Positions 60,953 through 64,000 of a stretch of 64,000 nucleotides of DNA are shown piece after piece (position 1 is the first letter of the stretch; each line of letters begins with the position of its first letter). The notes beneath the pieces are model-generated. The model worked only from the letters and a program-made list of their open reading frames with translations. It ran no database searches and was not told the DNA's origin. Source of the DNA: an uncultured Spirochaetota bacterium (lineage in GTDB: Bacteria > Spirochaetota > Brevinematia > Brevinematales > JAOACQ01); contig CAWAOD010000014.1 in NCBI GenBank assembly GCA_963783575.1, positions 416,001-480,000 of the forward strand, given 5' to 3'. The position numbers were made by a program, and so were the translations under genes.

Positions 60953-61486
60953 TTATACAATATTTATTAAAGTATTGCAGCGTTCGCCGCCTAGTAAATA
61001 TGACTCCGTGATTTTTACTTTTACTTTTTGCCCCAATAGTTTACCGAACAATTCCTCTTGAAAGCTTTTGCAGCAGTAATTGCAGAGAGATTTGGGCGGC
61101 TTCGGAATATCTGCAAAAGCACAAGCGCAACCTTCTACTTTTTTCCCTATAAGTGCTAGAATAGTTCGTTTTTTATCAAATTCCAATTTTTCCCAATATT
61201 TTGATTTTTTTTCAACATTTACCATATCCAGAAAAGCCTGAACATTTCCAACATAATTTCCAATCCATTCATCAAGTTTTCTGGAATAAAAGCATTCAAA
61301 TCCCAACTGCCCGAAAATCTTTTCTTTTACCGGTTCACTCTGAGAGGTATCAATAAACTTTATAATTTTCTTAACCTGGTCATGGTTCATTTCTTGCGGA
61401 ATATTTTTTTTATTCCCATCCGGTAGAACAGTCAACAACGATAATATACTATTACCACAACCTGAGAAGAATTTTTTTCGTTCCAT
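60953..61486 (-). CDS. Cys-rich hypothetical protein (DUF6144-like)
   Basis: G.EC, CAC, CNYCC, ELFGKLLG..VKVKITES.L.GG.RC pattern; GGAGG RBS. Confidence 0.7.
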   Translation of the reverse strand: MERKKFFSGCGNSILSLLTVLPDGNKKNIPQEMNHDQVKKIIKFIDTSQSEPVKEKIFGQLGFECFYSRKLDEWIGNYVGNVQAFLDMVNVEKKSKYWEKLEFDKKRTILALIGKKVEGCACAFADIPKPPKSLCNYCCKSFQEELFGKLLGQKVKVKITESYLLGGERCNTLINIV

Positions 61487-61675
61487 TTTGCCTCCATTAT
61501 AATAGTAAGAATTATAATAACCTTAATAAAAAAATACAAAAAAAAAACCGAAAAAGATTCGGCAAGCTCATAATAGATTTACAGAATTTGAGTGATATGT
61601 CTAATAAACAACCCGCAACAAGCTGCGAGGTATTACCGTAAGAACTTTAAAGGAATCCCCTCGACCATTCGTCAA

Positions 61676-63294
61676 CATACTGTGTGAAAACACAGTAAAT
61701 ATGCTATAATTATTAGAACAAAAATAATCGGAGTAAAAGATGAAGCATATTGAGGGAGAATCAAGGGATCAGATAGTTCTGTTCAATGAAACACTGGAAG
61801 ATCTGTTAGGAGAAGAAGATCCGGTAAGGTTTATAGATATTTTTGTTGATAAGCTAAATATGAAAGGAGTTGGTTTTAAAGTAAAAGAAGCATCAACCGG
61901 CAGAAGTTCATATAAATCCGAAATACTTTTAAAAATCTATATTTACGGATATTTGAATAAAATCAGGACAAGCAGGAAATTAGAGAGAGAGTGCCGAAGA
62001 AACACAGAGTTGATGTGGCTGACTGGACGACTAGCGCCGGATTTCAAGACGATTGCCGACTTCAGGAAAGATAATAAGAAGGGAATACAGTCGATATTCA
62101 GAGAATTTTTGAAGATATGTCATAAAGCCGGGCTTTTATCATTTGACGTTGTTGGAATTGATGGAACCAAGATCAGTGCGCAAAACCACAATAACAATGT
62201 TTATCATAGGAAAAACATAGAAGAAATCATACATAGAATAGATCAAAAGATCGAAGAATATTTGAATGAGATGGATAAGAACGATAAGGAAGAAAAGAAT
62301 GAATTTGAATTTCTTTCCGGAAAGATAGCGGAACGTTTAAAGAAAATGAAAACAAAAAAGGATAAAGTTGAGGCTATTAAAAAGATTTTTGAGGGAAATC
62401 CTGAAATGGAGAAATATTATTCAAATGACCCGGAAAGCCGGTTTATGAATGATAAAGGGAAATCCGACATTGCATATAATCTGCAGATGGCAGGAATGTG
62501 TGACCGAGTAGAAGAAATAAAGGACGAGCTTAAGGTAGAGACTGAAACGGTCAAAGTATCGGATGCCGGTTATTACAGCGAACCGCAGATACTGGAATGT
62601 ATAGATAAGGGACATAACGTATATATGCCGAATCCGGATGACGGACATAAGGCAAGGATTCGAGGCAAAGAAGATAATAAAGGAGTACCTGCTGAAGAAT
62701 ACCAGGTTGATAAATTCAAATATGATCCGGGACAAAATGTTTATTATTGTCCGGAGGGAAACCCATTAGTGAGAAATGGGAAAAAAGTAGAGAAGGTCAA
62801 TGGAGGAAAAGAGATAGTCAGGTACAAGTGCGGCTTATGCAGCCAATGTGAAGTAAGAAATAAGTGTACTGAAAGCGTGGAAGGACGAAGTATCAAAGTA
62901 CCAGTTAGAAAAGAAGAAATTGAGAACTTCAAGAGGAAAATTCGTTCTGAAGCCGGGAAAAAGATCATAGAGAAAAGGAAAGAGATATGTGAACATCCAT
63001 TTGGATCGATAAAAAGGAATATGGGTTACAGTTATTTTTTAATGAAGGGAAAGGATGGCGTTCTGACGGAATCCAGTTTGGCAGGATTCATTCATAATTT
63101 AATAAAAGTATTGAATATATTGGGAATAAAGAGACTTATGACTCTGGTTTGATGCTAATAAACCATCGTTTATCGTATTCGGATAGATTTTTTAAACTAA
63201 GATTTTTTTAGCTTGAAAAATATATCAAAAAATGGAGTCTTTGTATAATTAATCGATTTTACTATAAAATTTTACTGAGTTTTCACACAGTCTG
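61676..63294 (+). mobile_element. IS1182-family insertion sequence (~1.62 kb)
   Basis: Terminal IRs CATACTGTGTGAAAACACAGTAAA (61676-61699) and the reverse complement of 63271-63294 (CAGACTGTGTGAAAACTCAGTAAA) match at 22/24 and flank a single transposase. Confidence 0.92.
61740..63152 (+). CDS. IS1182-family DDE transposase
   Basis: LLKIYIYGYLNKIRTSRKLEREC, PDFKTIADFRKDN, IDGTKI, DAGYY, Cys-rich YYCPEG/CxxCxxCxxxxxC, EHPFGSIK. Confidence 0.93.
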   Translation: MKHIEGESRDQIVLFNETLEDLLGEEDPVRFIDIFVDKLNMKGVGFKVKEASTGRSSYKSEILLKIYIYGYLNKIRTSRKLERECRRNTELMWLTGRLAPDFKTIADFRKDNKKGIQSIFREFLKICHKAGLLSFDVVGIDGTKISAQNHNNNVYHRKNIEEIIHRIDQKIEEYLNEMDKNDKEEKNEFEFLSGKIAERLKKMKTKKDKVEAIKKIFEGNPEMEKYYSNDPESRFMNDKGKSDIAYNLQMAGMCDRVEEIKDELKVETETVKVSDAGYYSEPQILECIDKGHNVYMPNPDDGHKARIRGKEDNKGVPAEEYQVDKFKYDPGQNVYYCPEGNPLVRNGKKVEKVNGGKEIVRYKCGLCSQCEVRNKCTESVEGRSIKVPVRKEEIENFKRKIRSEAGKKIIEKRKEICEHPFGSIKRNMGYSYFLMKGKDGVLTESSLAGFIHNLIKVLNILGIKRLMTLV

Positions 63295-63388
63295 TAAACT
63301 CAGGGTAGGCTTTGCTCGGGATAAACTCCGCAAAGCTATACGCAACTTTGTTGGGTAAGAAATCTAAACCGGGTCAAGAAGCATGCCA

Positions 63389-64000
63389 TTAGCTGAGCCT
63401 GTGGTGAGCTTGACGAACCAAAGGGTCACGCTTATTAAAAAAGAAAAGTATTGAAAGCATCAATAAAACACCTATGCCGATTGTTATAAAACATATCCTT
63501 ATGCTAAAAACCTGGCTTAATCCGCCTGCTATAAGATTTCCAATAGGTGTAGTCCCGGCATTCACAAGCTGATAAACGCTGATTACCCGGCTTCTATATT
63601 CATCTCTTGATGTTAGCTGTAAAAAGGAATTAGCTGAAGTTAAAAAAGATACAGTAATAAACCCGGAAAGGGCAAGTAAGAAAGAAGATAATAGCAGATC
63701 ACTATTCAGGCCGATTATTATAAAAATTACCGAAACCACGAACCCTGCCCCGGTCAGTACAAAATCTTTAGGCCCAAGTTTACTTTTAGCGGCTATAACC
63801 AGTGCACCGGTAAGAGAGCCTATCCCCATACAGGACCATAAAAATCCCAATCCCTGTTCTTTCTGGTGCAGTCCAGCTTTAGCGAGGACAGGAATAAGAA
63901 CATTAAAATTCATAATAAAAGTGCCTATAATAAAAACTGTAATAACAGTTTTTAAGAGTTTGTTTTCTGAAAATATATACTTCAATCCATCGAAAATATT
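63389..64000 (-). CDS. MFS transporter (C-terminal half; 5' end outside the window)
   Basis: Frame is open to the window edge (NIFDGLKYIF...); multiple TM helices; LQ....DEYRSRVISVY and G.TPIG.L.AG motifs. Confidence 0.88.
   Translation of the reverse strand, partial: NIFDGLKYIFSENKLLKTVITVFIIGTFIMNFNVLIPVLAKAGLHQKEQGLGFLWSCMGIGSLTGALVIAAKSKLGPKDFVLTGAGFVVSVIFIIIGLNSDLLLSSFLLALSGFITVSFLTSANSFLQLTSRDEYRSRVISVYQLVNAGTTPIGNLIAGGLSQVFSIRICFITIGIGVLLMLSILFFFNKRDPLVRQAHHRLS
63392..63427. repeat. REP-like palindrome overlapping the MFS 3' end
   Basis: GCTGAGCCTGTGGTGAGCTTGACGAACCA; same family as 25690-25720 and the IS target. Confidence 0.6.

Noticed and set aside
243..62968. Many short (60-165 aa) antisense or alternate-frame ORFs in the track, e.g. 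243-488, 22023-22364, 52716-53102, 58765-59256
   Set aside because: They lie inside well-supported genes and show no recognisable motifs, so they are shadow ORFs.
50552..64000. tRNA-Pro as an integration site for an island
   Set aside because: No integrase, no duplicated tRNA 3' end seen in the window, and the downstream genes include core clpA and dinB.

Overview
AT-rich bacterial chromosomal window. Gene content and style suggest a spirochaete, possibly Brevinematales-like, but this is inference and is unverified. It holds about 55 CDS, one tRNA-Pro(CGG) and one IS1182-family element. No rRNA, CRISPR array, prophage or recognisable defence system was found. Housekeeping blocks: Ldh_2 dehydrogenase plus malic enzyme; rodZ-rimO-pgsA-pgpA; cysE; paaK-trpF; surA-like-ribH-nusB-mazG; cimA; rsmH-ftsL; tldD; purL; htpG; clpA; dinB. 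Accessory content: a nickel locus (nik/lar(MN)QO ECF importer divergent from SDR, a decayed SCO gene and larE-larB-larC, with no larA in the window), plant-glycan enzymes (CBM-GH5, CE7, GH8, GH43) and signalling proteins. Best leads: (1) a ~205-nt multi-hairpin 5' leader with mutually exclusive stems upstream of the nickel importer, which I could not match to NiCo or cobalamin riboswitches; (2) a 35-bp duplicated sigma70 promoter that brackets the CBM-GH5 gene; (3) a partner-switching STAS/PP2C-RsbW pair tightly coupled to rsmH-ftsL where mraZ usually sits; (4) the IS1182 element inserted into a REP-like repeat family with three recognisable copies; (5) a 58-aa ORF missing from the ORF track, at the clpS position, next to a rod-like RNA candidate. 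Four single-base frameshifts (SDR, GH5, purL twice) all fall in short homopolymers and are probably assembly errors.
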